A stretch of DNA of 64,000 nucleotides, from positions 26,350,001-26,414,000 of the forward strand of contig OZ287752.1 of assembly GCA_965649765.1 (NCBI GenBank), given 5' to 3'. A program made the translations under genes and the position numbers. This document shows, in pieces, positions 38,921 to 51,291 of this stretch. Origin of the DNA: Bispira polyomma (lineage: Eukaryota). Below the pieces are notes generated by a model that did not search any database, had not been told where the DNA came from, and saw only the letters and a list, made by a program, of their open reading frames with translations. Every line of letters starts with the position of its first letter. The first letter of the stretch is position 1.

Positions 38921-39725
38921 AGTACGTTACTATTTTTTCTGTCCCACAGATTTTCAAGAAAAATTTAAGCATAAGAAATAATATAATGGACAAACCAAAA
39001 ATTAATTGAAAGTACATGTCACCACGCAATGTTTTAAATTACATGAGCATCAAAATTCCAATTTCACATTCCCAAAAATACAGGGAAATAGAGCTTTTAT
39101 GACCACGATTTAAGATAAAATGTACAATAATAAAATTTCAACCGACAGACTTTGTTTATTTTTTTCTGCATATGCTGTGCTGTATGCATTAATAAATCAT
39201 AATAAAAAACTATAGGGGTCACAAGTCTCATTTTCATTTGACATGCCACAATAGTAGGTAATTTTACCAGTGAAATCTAAACATCCCTTGGCCAGTCATG
39301 TAGTATTTACATTGAAGTTACAATTCTTGACTGCATTACCATAGAAACAGGCATAACTGCAAACTATCATAGTAGTAGGATCACAACTGTATGTGTTACG
39401 CTGGTGTTTAATCAAAACAACATTTGATAAGTATGAACCTGAATTTAATCTTTGGCGCCATATTTACACACAAGGAACAAAGTTCAAATACTTTATGATA
39501 TCATATCAAGTTCAAACAATATATCATGCCAGTCTAATTTGCACTTAATAAAATGACGATTTTTTATTAATAACTCAAGAATTACTGAAGCTAAAATTTG
39601 TGAATACAGTGAGAAAGCTTATTTTATTGAGATTCCTGAGCTTTTTGTTGCATCTAAATACGTTGAGATATTCAAGCTTACATATAAGTACCCAGCTTTC
39701 ATAACTAGGGCAGTACAAATACTGG

Positions 39726-39946
39726 GAATTTGAATTTGAATTGGGATATTTAACGTCCTATCTATTTCCTGTTTAGGTTATATTGGGACGGACAGTTGGA
39801 AATGCTGGAGCAAACAGTGCATACAGTTGATCAAAATTCTGCACTGAAACCAACGGGAGTCGAACCCACGCAAGCTGATCACAGAGGTGAGAGACCAGTG
39901 ATTGTGAAGCGCAATGCTTGCTAACCACTAGGCCACCATGGCCCCC
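39726..39946 (-). mobile_element. SINE family 1, reverse orientation, internally deleted
   Basis: Reverse complement of family 1; TSD ACAAATACTG at 39715-39724 and 39947-39956. Confidence 0.9.
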
Positions 39947-40365
39947 ACAAATACTGAGGAATCCCAGTAATGGTTGTGCCAGTCGCTATGCAATGCAAAG
40001 AATAGCCACAAACTATGTTAAACCTCTCTTTTTAGTTAGGGAAATGACCGTGACTGAGGCAGTTTACTGTTGCAGTCAGAAAAGGGTTAATTAGCTCTCT
40101 AAATACCAGATGAAGGTAGATATATGAGTATAAATCTGATTACTATTTATTAGCCCTATTTAATGCTCCTCGCATTAAATAGCATATCCCACTTGTTTAT
40201 AGGTGCTTATTGTTTTCTAAAATTATCGGTACTCTACATAGATAGCTCCGCATGGACTGTAATTTATTAATGTGAGAGAATTGCAGTAGTCGAGGCGGCT
40301 ACTTACAAGGACATTGTAAGTAGCTCTAGATCTAGTAGGAATCGTAGATATATACAAACTTTTAT

Positions 40366-42543
40366 TTATGACAGATTATGTCCTGTGTAGGCTTCATAAA
40401 CAATCTTGAACCTTTTTATAATAAAGTCATAGAATTCATACTCCAGCTTTATCATTTTGTTTCTCATCAGTGCTTCCCTAGTGTCGACACTTATCATTGA
40501 AGTATGGAATTGTACATCTTTGGTGTACTTTGGTCTACTTTTCTGAAGGTACCAGTGTGCTTCTATTGCCCCTTTGAAAAAATGTGGAAATAAAGTCTCC
40601 AGCACTTCTAGAAGCTCTATATACTTCTCTGTATACCCGACTACAGCGAATTCTGTCAGCACGTTCTTGATAGCCAGGTTGAGGGCATTCCTTGTTGGTG
40701 TCTGGCACAGGTAGTGTTGTCCACAGAAATGGGGGATGATGGTCCAGGTAAACCTGACATCGGTACACTCAGGGTCAAAGGTGAGGACACACTCGTCAAA
40801 TGTCATATTGCGTCTTCTTTTTGCGTCTTTGTCATCAGCATCTTTAAAGAAGTCACTTGCAACCTGTCCGTGGTAGTTGATAATCCCCTTGGTAATGTCA
40901 CCTTCCCTACGGAAGTAATAGTGGGCTTCCAGTCTCTCAATGGGATCCCTGACAATGTTGATGTACACCGGGTTGAGGTTAGGGCCATGGTTTGTGAAAT
41001 TAATGTAATTTAAGATTTTAGTAAATATCCAGGGTTCTTTTAGGCCACGTAAACCATAGGCAATATTTTGGATGCTGTTGATGCTTATATGATAGTTTGA
41101 TGTAATATACTTTTGGTCAAATGCCTTGGTTGTACTGAAGCCCTGTGTCTTTGACTGGTGCAACACGAGGAAAAGCATGGCTTTACTGCCACATCTCGGC
41201 ACCATGTTATAAAACAGCTGTCTTACAGAAGAGTTGTACTTAGCATCTACCTTGGAGATGTCCCACTCTGGCTCCTTCACCATGAGTTCTGGGGGAATCT
41301 GGAGGATATATACAAGATATAGGAACTCAAAAAAGCCTTCTCACACCCTTTAGTAAACTTATAGAGGAACCTGGAGGATCTATGCAATACATAGGAACTC
41401 TGTTAAATAAGTATTCAAAAAAGCCTTTCCACACCTTTAAGTAAACTGTCAATGTGGCCTAGTCGATAACACACTCACTTAACTACATTAAAGGACCTGG
41501 GTTTAATCCCAGACTAGGTTCAAACAGATACATAGTGGCTTGGATGGCCAATAACAAATGGTGGTGTCGTCTGTTAGTGTGTCCTATCCACAGTGGTAGC
41601 TTGAATAACCTTGGGCATGTTGATAAGTGGTCATCCTCAAGCCTCTGACTTTGGTTAGGGAAATGACAGTTACCTGTGATGGTTGGCTGTACTTAAGCAA
41701 CCAAGAAATGTTTATTAGAGTTTAGAATACCAGACAAAGGCAGACAAATATGCTGAGTATAAATTTGAATAGAATGCAATATGATATACACTTTATTGTT
41801 TCAGAATAATTTTACCTACCCGGGTGCACTAAAATTTATTGTTTAATAACAATATCTTTCATTGATGAGAAAAATGCATTAAATTGAGCAAATCTATGTT
41901 AATAGGAGACATGCTAGAGAATGGTCACGCTTAATAATTGAATATCACAGTTGAACCTTACCTCTGAATCAGTACATGTCTGTGTCTACTTCAGTCATTC
42001 CATAACTGCTCATTGTTAAGAAATGAGAAGTTGAGAGATATCTCGACACTGATGGCATAAATAATATTGAAATGATATTCTAGGATGTTCTGATGGAGCA
42101 CAGGGTTTTAAGTCATTAACAGCCAAATTGATAATCTCCTAACATGATTTTTATAAACTACTAGAACATCATCCGATTTTTCCCAGAATCTAGGCCAACA
42201 TTTGCATTATTGTGTCTGTACATGAATTGATTTTAGCAGGCAATAAACCCACTCATATCACATTGATATAGCTCCCAACAACAAACCTTATCCAGACCAT
42301 ATTCTAAATATGTTAATCAGTCACACACCATTGCTTACGCAAGAATGACAAACGATAATTATAATAACAGTAGAACGTGATAGGTTTCACTTTAAATACT
42401 TAAATATTTGTAAAGGGAAAAAAGAGATAAATACCTACCCTATTTAAGGTAAATAGGTTTTTGTTATCCTTGGTAAATAAAACATAACCAATAAACACAG
42501 TCGCCAATAAGATAAATGGAGCAGATTTTAACATTAATTTCAT
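40366..42543 (-). CDS. Gene B: 2-O-sulfotransferase-like, 345 aa, altered catalytic residues
   Basis: Anchor exon 42543-42439 MKLMLKSAPFILLATVFIGYVLFTKDNKNLFTLNR (donor GTAGGT) plus catalytic exon 41298-40366 (acceptor TCCTCCAG); frame open. Confidence 0.85.
41455..41770 (+). mobile_element. SINE family 3 in the gene B intron
   Basis: TGGCCTAGT...CCTGGGTTTAATCCC head; AATGGTGGT and GGGAAATGACAGTTAC core. Reverse copies at ~47340-47665 and ~54790-55095. Confidence 0.7.
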
Positions 42544-44377
42544 TGTTTCATCTGATACATCTGATAAGTTTTATAGAGTATTTGCAATAAAAACAATATG
42601 AAATGGCAATGTCGTTAGTGTCTGGGTTTCTTTATTGATATATTGACAAAATGCATCTCCAGGCATATTTTAAAGCCTGCCATTAATTTAAGGATACTTG
42701 TTTGCAAGCACATCTTCTGATTTGCAATATATATCTAAGTAAGAAATTTTCTGTTGTCACACTCAAAAAAATTCAATTTAATTATTTGATAAATGCTTAT
42801 CCAGATGTACAGCTGTTTGTGTAGCTTCAATATAAGTACTCTTGTAGGTGATACCTTCACTCTTGCTTTGGTACAGTGGAAAAACTGATGAAAAATAGTT
42901 GTCTGATTTTAAGCTCACATATACACACACAGGTCAGATCACATTAAAATAATACAAAAAAGGCCTCAGATTTTATCTCTTTTACAATTTCAAAGGCTGA
43001 TAATCTCAATAATGACATCCAAAAAAATGTATACATTCTGTGAGGTATAAAAGGTATAAACTTTCCAGTGTGGTTACTTCTGTGTGAAGCTGACAGAAGT
43101 AATGTTTGAGTGTGATAGCTCATGAGTAGATATCTAGGAAAAACTTATAAATCCACATATATACAGCCATACTTTTAACCCCAGCTTTTGTAAGTAGTTG
43201 CTTGGATGATCATACAGTCAGTCAAGCTGATCATCAGGTTTCAAATACTCTGTCATATTCTTTAAATTGACATTTAGATAGGACTCATATGATAGAGTGT
43301 GTCAAAAGAAATACACTTAATTCGAATTAAACATTGTGTTGAAAATTAGTCCTTTTTACATACACAAATGGTCATCCTCATGAAATGGGCAGTTTGAGTA
43401 CCACAACAGAGGAATATCTGGTGTATACCAATGCAATACTACCTTGTTCTGTTGCGAAACCTATAGTTAGCTAATTTATATAGTCAGTAAAGCTAATCAT
43501 CAGGTTACAGTGCTCTCTGTTATATTCTTTATATTCGCAATTAGATAAAAGGATCCATACAACAGAATGTGTCAAAAGAAATATATTTGATTCAAATTAA
43601 ACAATATGTTATAATTATTAATTTGTACACACAAGGTCAAAAAATTATCATCCTCAAACCTCCGTTTTTAATATGGAGAATGGCAGTTTTGATTGTAGTT
43701 GATTGGAATCAATGCCTGGACTTGTTCCGGCTTTTTATATGATTCTCTCATGTTTAGACTTTATTAGATTTTAGTTTGTCAGATGTAATGTACAACAGAA
43801 TCTACTTTTTCAAATAAAATAGGAAAAACATCAAACCACATATTTACAGCAGTGAAAGCATAGGCGGATCCAGGGTTTTGTAAAAAGTGGGGGGAAAGAG
43901 GGGAGGGGGGGGGGCAGGTATGTCCTCTCTCAGAATGTATTGTGAACATAAACTAAAATATTATTTAAAAGGCTGAGGAGGACTTTTAGCCCCTTTCTTT
44001 CAGCATTTTAATCAGCAGTTTTTGTTGGAGAAGTAGATTATTTGTCTCTATTCTGATCCTCTCCAAAATTTAATACAGTAGTCTTTGGTCCATAATGCAC
44101 AATTTCTCCACCAAATTTCTTGTTAATCTGTTTTGTTGTTTTTGTTCAATCCTAGTGACAATCAAACAAAGAAACAAATGAGAGAAAACAGAACTCATTG
44201 GGCTGAGGTCAAATGTTTTGATACCCATTAATTATAATACTATCTATGTGTGGAATTGTGCTAAAGTTTGAGATTTGTTGTTCACATTTTAAACAAATTT
44301 TTTTTTATTAATTTGTATTTCATTGGAGTAATTTTAGTATGTTTTCGCTTTTATACAATACAAAACAAGTTCATCAT

Positions 44378-44611
44378 GCACCGGCACCATGTGAAGCGTG
44401 AAAGGGAGTTGCGCCCCTTACCGTCGGATGCTATGGGGTGGGTTAACACCCAGTCTGGTTGCTTGTTGATTAAAAATCTGTTAACCCCCCTACCCTTACA
44501 ACCTTGCTATGCCCATGGACTTTACGATTGGATCACTGATTCTGCTGTTGCGCTTTAGAAGATGCCTAGCATCAATAAAGCGTATTAAAAATGGATAATA
44601 ATAATAATAAT
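44378..44611 (+). mobile_element. Retroposon 3' fragment with (TAA)n tail
   Basis: Absent from the paralogous site at ~48580; ends GCGCTTTAGA...AATAAAGCG...(TAA)n. Confidence 0.65.
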
Positions 44612-45237
44612 GAATACCCAGCCATGTTTTTGGGGCATAGGTCAATCGTTCAAAATGATGTTGGTGTGATTGGCTGAACTATAACATCACATGTTAAATT
44701 CATAACAATGGAGACCTGGTTAATAGAAATTTGCAATCTAGGTTTGTAGCCAAAATAGCAATAACACAGAATGGTAGATACCATTGTAATAATTAATGTT
44801 AAGTGCGTCTTAGTTTACTATTTTCCTTAGTTATTTGACATAAATGTAAGTATCATGTTATCTTTCATGATATTCTTTTAAAATTGAATTCCTGGATGAC
44901 ATTTCTTCATCATATTCAATGTTTAAAAGTTTATTTATGTGTGGTTACGACTGGATCATTAGGATCGTGATTGGGATGTGTGCCACAGCGTATGCCTCGG
45001 CATTGATTCGGTTGCGATAGAAGTTTAAACATTAGTATAAACCATGTACAAAGTTAACCAACTTTTGTTAACTTTGACTCAAAATCAGAAATTTGAAAAC
45101 AAAATTTGATTTACTCCAAGTAATATACGGGCGACAACAGTATCTCTGTCCACTTTAGAAAAGTAATAAATTAGATATGTGAGATTAGATATGTGTTCTA
45201 TTAGCACATGTACCATACTTTATGGTAAATGTCCTAT

Positions 45238-46734
45238 TTATAACAATTTGTGTCCAGTGGACGATTCATAAATAACCTTGAACCTCTTCCTAATGAAATC
45301 ATAGAATTCATACTCCAGCTTTATAGCATTAGTCTTCATTAGTACCTCCCTGACTTCTACACTGGTCTTTGAACCTTCGAATTCTCTCTTGTGGCGATAA
45401 CCTGGATTTTTATGGTCAAGATATGTGTGTGTTTCTACTGCACCTTTGAAGAACTGTGGCAACAACACTTCTGCTATTTCTTGAAATTGGACAAACTTCT
45501 CTACATGTCTCACTACAGCAAATTCTGTCAGCACATTCTTGATGGCCAGGTTGAGGGCATGTCTCGTAGGTGTTTGACACAGATAGTGTTGTCCACAGAA
45601 ATGGGGGATGATAGTCCAAATAAACCTGACATCACTACACTTAGGGTCAAAGTTAAGGACACACTCGTCAAATGTCATGTTGTGTCTTCTCTGAGCATCA
45701 GCTTTGTCGGAATCTTCAAAGAAGTCTTCCACAACCTTTTCCCAGTAGGTGATAATGTTCTCTGTTAAATTCATGGTCCTACGAAAGTATTAATGAGATT
45801 CTAATTTATCAATGGGATCTCTGACAATATTGATATAAACTGGGTCAAGGTTGTAGCCTTCTTCTGTGAAATTAATATAGTTTAAGTGTTTGGTAAACAG
45901 CCAGGGTTCATTGAGGCTCAGTAGACCACAAGCAGTGGTTCTGATGCTTTCTTTGCTGATATGATAATTAGCTATAATGTGCGTCTGTGTGAAGTATTTG
46001 CTTACGATGTAGTGATTGGCTTTCAACAGGCTATTGAGGAGGTGACGCATGGGCTTGCTTCCACATCTAGGCACCATGTTATAAAAGACCTGTTTTGTAG
46101 AAGAGACATTCCTCTTGTTAACCTTCAATAAATCCCATTGTGGAGCCATCAAAGTTTGAACAGATACCTTCAGGAAAGAAACAATACAAAAACAACATTT
46201 TTATGCTCATATGTATATTCTTTCATCTAAAAAATATGTGATACCATTTTATTTTGCTAATACCGAGACAATCTACTGCAGAGTTGCTGAAAATGCAAAC
46301 CTTAAGCTACCTACCTAACAATAGCAGAATCTAATAGCTTAACAGAGAACTATTAAAATAGCCATATAAAAAAATTTGTACACTGGAAGCAATTTATATT
46401 TAAAAGCAATATATTTACCTTGTTTTGTGTACACGGATCATCCTTATCAAAAACACGAAAAGCAACAGACAAAATTATCAAAGATAACCCAACAACAAAC
46501 ATTATCCAAGCCATATTCTAAATATGTCAAGAAGTATCACACCATTGCTTACACAAGAATGACAAACGATAATTATAATAACATTAGAATGTGTTAGGTT
46601 GCACTCTAAATACTTAAATATTTGTGCGGGGCAAATGTTATAAATATGTTTTTGTTATCCTTGGTAAAGAGAACATAAACAATAAACACAGTTGCCAATA
46701 AGATAAAGGGAACATATTTTCCAATTAATTTCAT
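45238..46734 (-). pseudogene. Gene C: 2-O-sulfotransferase-like pseudogene
   Basis: Catalytic exon 46167-45238 has TAT>TAA at 45790-45792 (ESH*YF vs ESHYYL). B-type anchor exon (ATG 46734) lacks its donor. Hybrid anchor exon 46514-46419 is intact. Confidence 0.88.
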
Positions 46735-47339
46735 GGTTACTTCTGATTCTGGAGTAGCTACTAGAAACACATACAAATATTATTATGATAAAAATTCTTC
46801 TTTTGTACTGATACAGAGATGTTCAGTAAGTATGTTTTACAGGGTGTTTGCAATAAAAACAATATCAAATGCCAATGTGGTTAGAGTCTGGGTTTCTTTA
46901 ATCAAGTTATTGATGTATTGACAAAATGCTTCTTCAGGCATATTTTGAAACCTGTCATTAGGTTAAGGACACATGTTTGCAAGCACCTCTTCTGATTGCA
47001 ATATATATCTAAGCAAAAAATTGCTGTTGTCACACTTTTATCCAATTTTTATCTGAAATACAACATATGCCCTGCATATTTATTTATTTATTCGTAGATG
47101 TAAGTACATTCATTTCAAACATTTCTATATACAAACAAAAACAAAAATACAATACAATATCTTTTATATGGAAATTATAAATTTACTAAATACGATATTT
47201 ATATATATGGATATTATAAATGTACTTGTTTACTTATTACACAGATGTTGATTGGTCCAATACGGTCTTTAGCAACTCATAACCACCGTCTCACTGGGGT
47301 TTTTTTACATTACCTATCATGTAAAACAGCATGATTATT

Positions 47340-47665
47340 GCATTGTATTATATTCAACTTGGTACTGATCGTACTTTACCTGTCTTTGTCTAGTATCCAA
47401 ACTGTCCTTTCAATTAATTAACCTTTTCTTGACTAAGTACAGCCAATAAGCACCGCAGTAACTGTCATTTCCCTGAATGAAGAGTGAGGCTTAAGGATGT
47501 CACCATTTATCAACTTCACCAAAGTTATTTCGCCTGCCACTGAGGTTGGGGACACCCAGCAATAGAGGACCACCATTTTAAATGGAGATCTGAACCATAT
47601 GCCTGTACCCCTTGTCATAAAAGGCAGGGATTGAACCTAGGTCCTTTGTTTTCCTAAGTGAGTTA
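47340..47665 (-). mobile_element. SINE family 3, reverse
   Basis: GTAACTGTCATTTCCC, GAGGACCACCATTT, GGGATTGAACCTAGGTCC (B box, reverse); paralogous copy at ~54790-55095. Confidence 0.7.
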
Positions 47666-48750
47666 ACACAGATAATTACCTTTGTAATATTTCCTGTTTC
47701 TGAAAATAACTCTTTCTAGATGTAACACTTTACAAGATGAGACAAATCTTACATTAGTAGTAATCTGACAAATTTTTGGTTAACATTTTCTTGCAGTGAA
47801 ATATTATGCTATCTGCTGCAGAATTATATGTAACAAACTAATCAAATTAGTGCCATATGTAAATTATAGGTAATTGTAACATGTCAGGACCATAGGGCGA
47901 CATTCATCTGTGGTTAAAGTCAAAACTTTGTTTCATATATAGTATACTTCGTGAAGTTGATTGGAATTAATGCCTGGACTTGCCTCACGTTTTACATGAT
48001 TCTTTGATTTACACTCATTTACACTAATTTAATCATTGTAAGATTTTAAACTTTTTTAGATTTTGTGTTTGTCAGATGTAATGTGGAACCACAGTATCTA
48101 TATTTTCAAATAAAAAATGTTTTGTTGCAAATTTGACCTACCTATCATCCCTCAACACATTCCATGTATAAATGCTGATTAGTCATTGTTTAATCATGTT
48201 GACACAGAAACAATTAGCAATAAACTAACCAACAGGCATGAGTATAATTAGGATATATATGAGTTCATTATTGGTTTTTACTCTTATCAAAAATTTAATA
48301 CAGTCATCTTTGGTCCATGATGCACCATTTATCCAAGAAATTTCATGTTACTCTGTTTTGTTGTTTTTGTTCAATCCTGGTGACAATAAAGCAATGAAAC
48401 AAATGAAAGAAAACATTAGGCTGAGGTAAAAATGTTTTAATCCCACTTCAATCTAATACTATCTATGTGTGAAATTGTGTCAAGGTTTGAGAACTCTTGT
48501 CCACATTTTGTCTTCATTTGTATTTCATTGGAATAATTTTAGTATGTTTTCGATTTTATACAATACCAGACAAGTTCATCATAACAAAATGAATACCCAG
48601 CCTTGTTTTGGGTGCATATGTTAATAAAAAAAAAGAGTTTACTTATGTGTTGTTACGACTGGACTCTGATCACAAACTTTTGCCTTCTAGCATATTCTTT
48701 TTTGGGATCGTGATTGGGATGTGCACCACAGTGTATTCCTAAGCATTGAT

Positions 48751-51245
48751 ATGCCCTTTCTCTTTAGAATCCACAAACTTCAAGAAATTTTGAAACTACA
48801 AATCACAACTCTGCACTTCAGCATAAGGCTGCTATTACTCAATACTTGAATAAGGAAAAGGACTGTGGGGCAATGTTAGGCCCTGTCACTGAATTCTTAG
48901 ATTAGGATTATTTCCACTGCTCACCTCTGCTAACCAGGCCTAAGTACATTGATAAACGTTGAGTGATTTTGAATTTATCTTATCCTAGAGGAAATTCGGT
49001 AAATGACAATGTAGATAAAGAACAATTTGATGGAACAGCCTACCTGATCATATTCGCCTGGCTCAAACTTTCTCCTCTTTCAGGAGTAAGCTGAAGGCCT
49101 ATCTTTTTGAACAGGCTTTTCCACCTTAGCCGTCGCAACCATTTACGGTAGTCTCCCTGGTTACGACTTCCATCCGCCCACTATTTTTGATTTTCGATTA
49201 ACGTTTTGGGTTTGTTGCGCCTTAGAATTTGTTGTACAAAGATTAAGTGTTATAAAAGTACGACTAGATTAGATTAGATTAGATTAGATGGTTTACAATT
49301 TAGACTTAAATTTCCAACCATAGATAACATAGTTGAACAAATTCGAAATACAGTAGAACCGAAAATATCAAACTTGACGTGGCCCGCTCCTTTAGAAACC
49401 TCAGGGTCGACCTAGCTGATGCAATGAAGTTAGGTATTTGTTTTAAAGGTGTAAAATACGTAGATCCAGCGGTCGCATTCGGCTGGGTACATGGCTCGGC
49501 GGCCTTTCAGCGGTACTCCGACATGGTAGCACACTACATGGAAAAGAAAAGGTATAAAATATTCTGTTACATCGACGATTACATTGGCAAAGCCACTTCC
49601 ACTGTAGCAGATACTGCTTTCAATGAATTATATAAATTGGTCACTGACCTGGGTTTGCCTCTTAATCCGGATAAGGTAATCAAACCAAATTTTACAATCA
49701 CTTGTTTAGGGATTGACATTGACAAAGAAATTATTAGTATTACCCAAGAAAAGATTAAGGAAACTTAGCAACTTTGTCTAGACATGTTAAACAAACTGTG
49801 GATTTCTCACACAAAAGTCCAATCGGTCTTAGGAAAATTGCTCTATATACACAAATGTGGTAAACCTGCTAGGATGTTTGTCAACCTGTTGCTTAGGGCT
49901 TAGATGCCTACTTAACAGGATTAGGGGGTATTTACAAGAATCAGGTTTATGCTACTCCTTCTATAATATATACGGAAAAGAACTTACCACAGTAAGCACT
50001 TAGGGTCTGGGGTAAGCAGTGGAGACACAGGAAAATAACTGTTAAGTGCGACAATATGGCTGTCGTACTGGTAGTGAGGTCAGACAAAACCAAAGATGAA
50101 TTCTTTGTCTAGCACTTTGTCTACGCAATATTTGGCTTATTTCTTCAATTTTCAATATCGCTATTGAGATACAACATATAAAAGGTAAAGAGAATGTAAT
50201 TGCAGACTTGTTTAGAATATTTTCAGAAGAACCTCCCAAGGGAGAACAAGTCAATATTATCAATGAAAATTGTATTTGGAGAACTATACCAATAGCGTTT
50301 CTTAACTTAGATATTAATATATAATTTCAGGTGCCACTCAAGTGCCACAAGCTTTCACCAGCTCAGCATGGCAAAGGATAAACCACTCACTTCGACCACA
50401 GACTAGCATGACTTATAACAACCAATTCAAGACATTTATTTCCTTCAACTGTTATGCTGGCATTGACCAGATCTCCACACATTCACTAGTGGCTTTCTTA
50501 GAATACCTAGTTCAAACTGGGGCTCCACCCCTTAGCATCAATAATTACTTGTCTGGCATAAAACACATCGCCAAAAAATTATAGTGGGATCTGAACATTT
50601 TGAAAATAATACTATTGCCATGTTAACAAGAAGCTTGTGACATCTCCAAGGCTTGTGACATCTTGGATGATCCTCCACTTTATAGGGATATTTTTTGCTT
50701 GCCTTTTTTGCCTTTTTAAGGATGTCCAATATTGCCCCCCCCCCCCTCCATTCAAGGGCCAAATTTGATCACACTAGGAATTTCCTAAAGAAAGATATAA
50801 CATTTGGCTACCCAGGGGCTCATATCATCTGGAAATGGGCAGAAAATTTACAGATTAGATCTCAATTTCATGTTATTCAAATCCCTTGACTAACAAACAC
50901 TGTTCTCTGCCCAGTTACAGCATTACAAAAGCTACTTCACACTAGGCCACTCCCTGACCACTATCCACTTTTTGCTGGGCTTACCCAACCACACCATGCT
51001 ATTGTAGACTCACACGTTAGAATAGCCCTTGCCAAGGTTTGGCTTGGGCTTTTAAAAATCTCATCTATTTTTAAACCTGTCTTTTGACATTTTACCTGAT
51101 ATTGTATATAGACTTTTGCACTAACATGTATAGTAATAATAAAGATACCTCAAACCATAAACAACTGTGTTGCTTTATCAACTTACATCTAACGTAACTT
51201 TGAAACTTACACACTGGCTTTAACAAGGACAACTGGACTCCATCT
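48751..51245 (+). mobile_element. Second degenerate DIRS retrotransposon (RT, RNase H, YR)
   Basis: SPLLTRPK, VILNLSYP, FGWVHGS, YIDD, CLGI, KCDN, ENVIADL, FAFLRMSN, LCPVTAL. Host similarity to the paralogous unit stops at GCATTGAT (48750). Confidence 0.9.
49034..49286 (+). mobile_element. L2 family 2 3' fragment nested in the DIRS RT
   Basis: (ATTAG)n tail; flanking GATGG repeat; removal restores EQFDGLQFRLKFPTID. Confidence 0.92.
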
Positions 51246-51291
51246 AATGTGGTATCAGCACATGTACTATACTTTATGGTAAATGTCCTAT

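Noticed and set aside
41960-42030. Possible extra micro-exon in gene B (donor GAG/GTAAGG)
   Set aside because: In-frame stop 9 codons upstream, no good polypyrimidine acceptor and no counterpart in paralogues.
43215-43660. ~270-bp diverged local duplication upstream of gene B
   Set aside because: Real but non-coding, single copy in the third unit, no sign of function.
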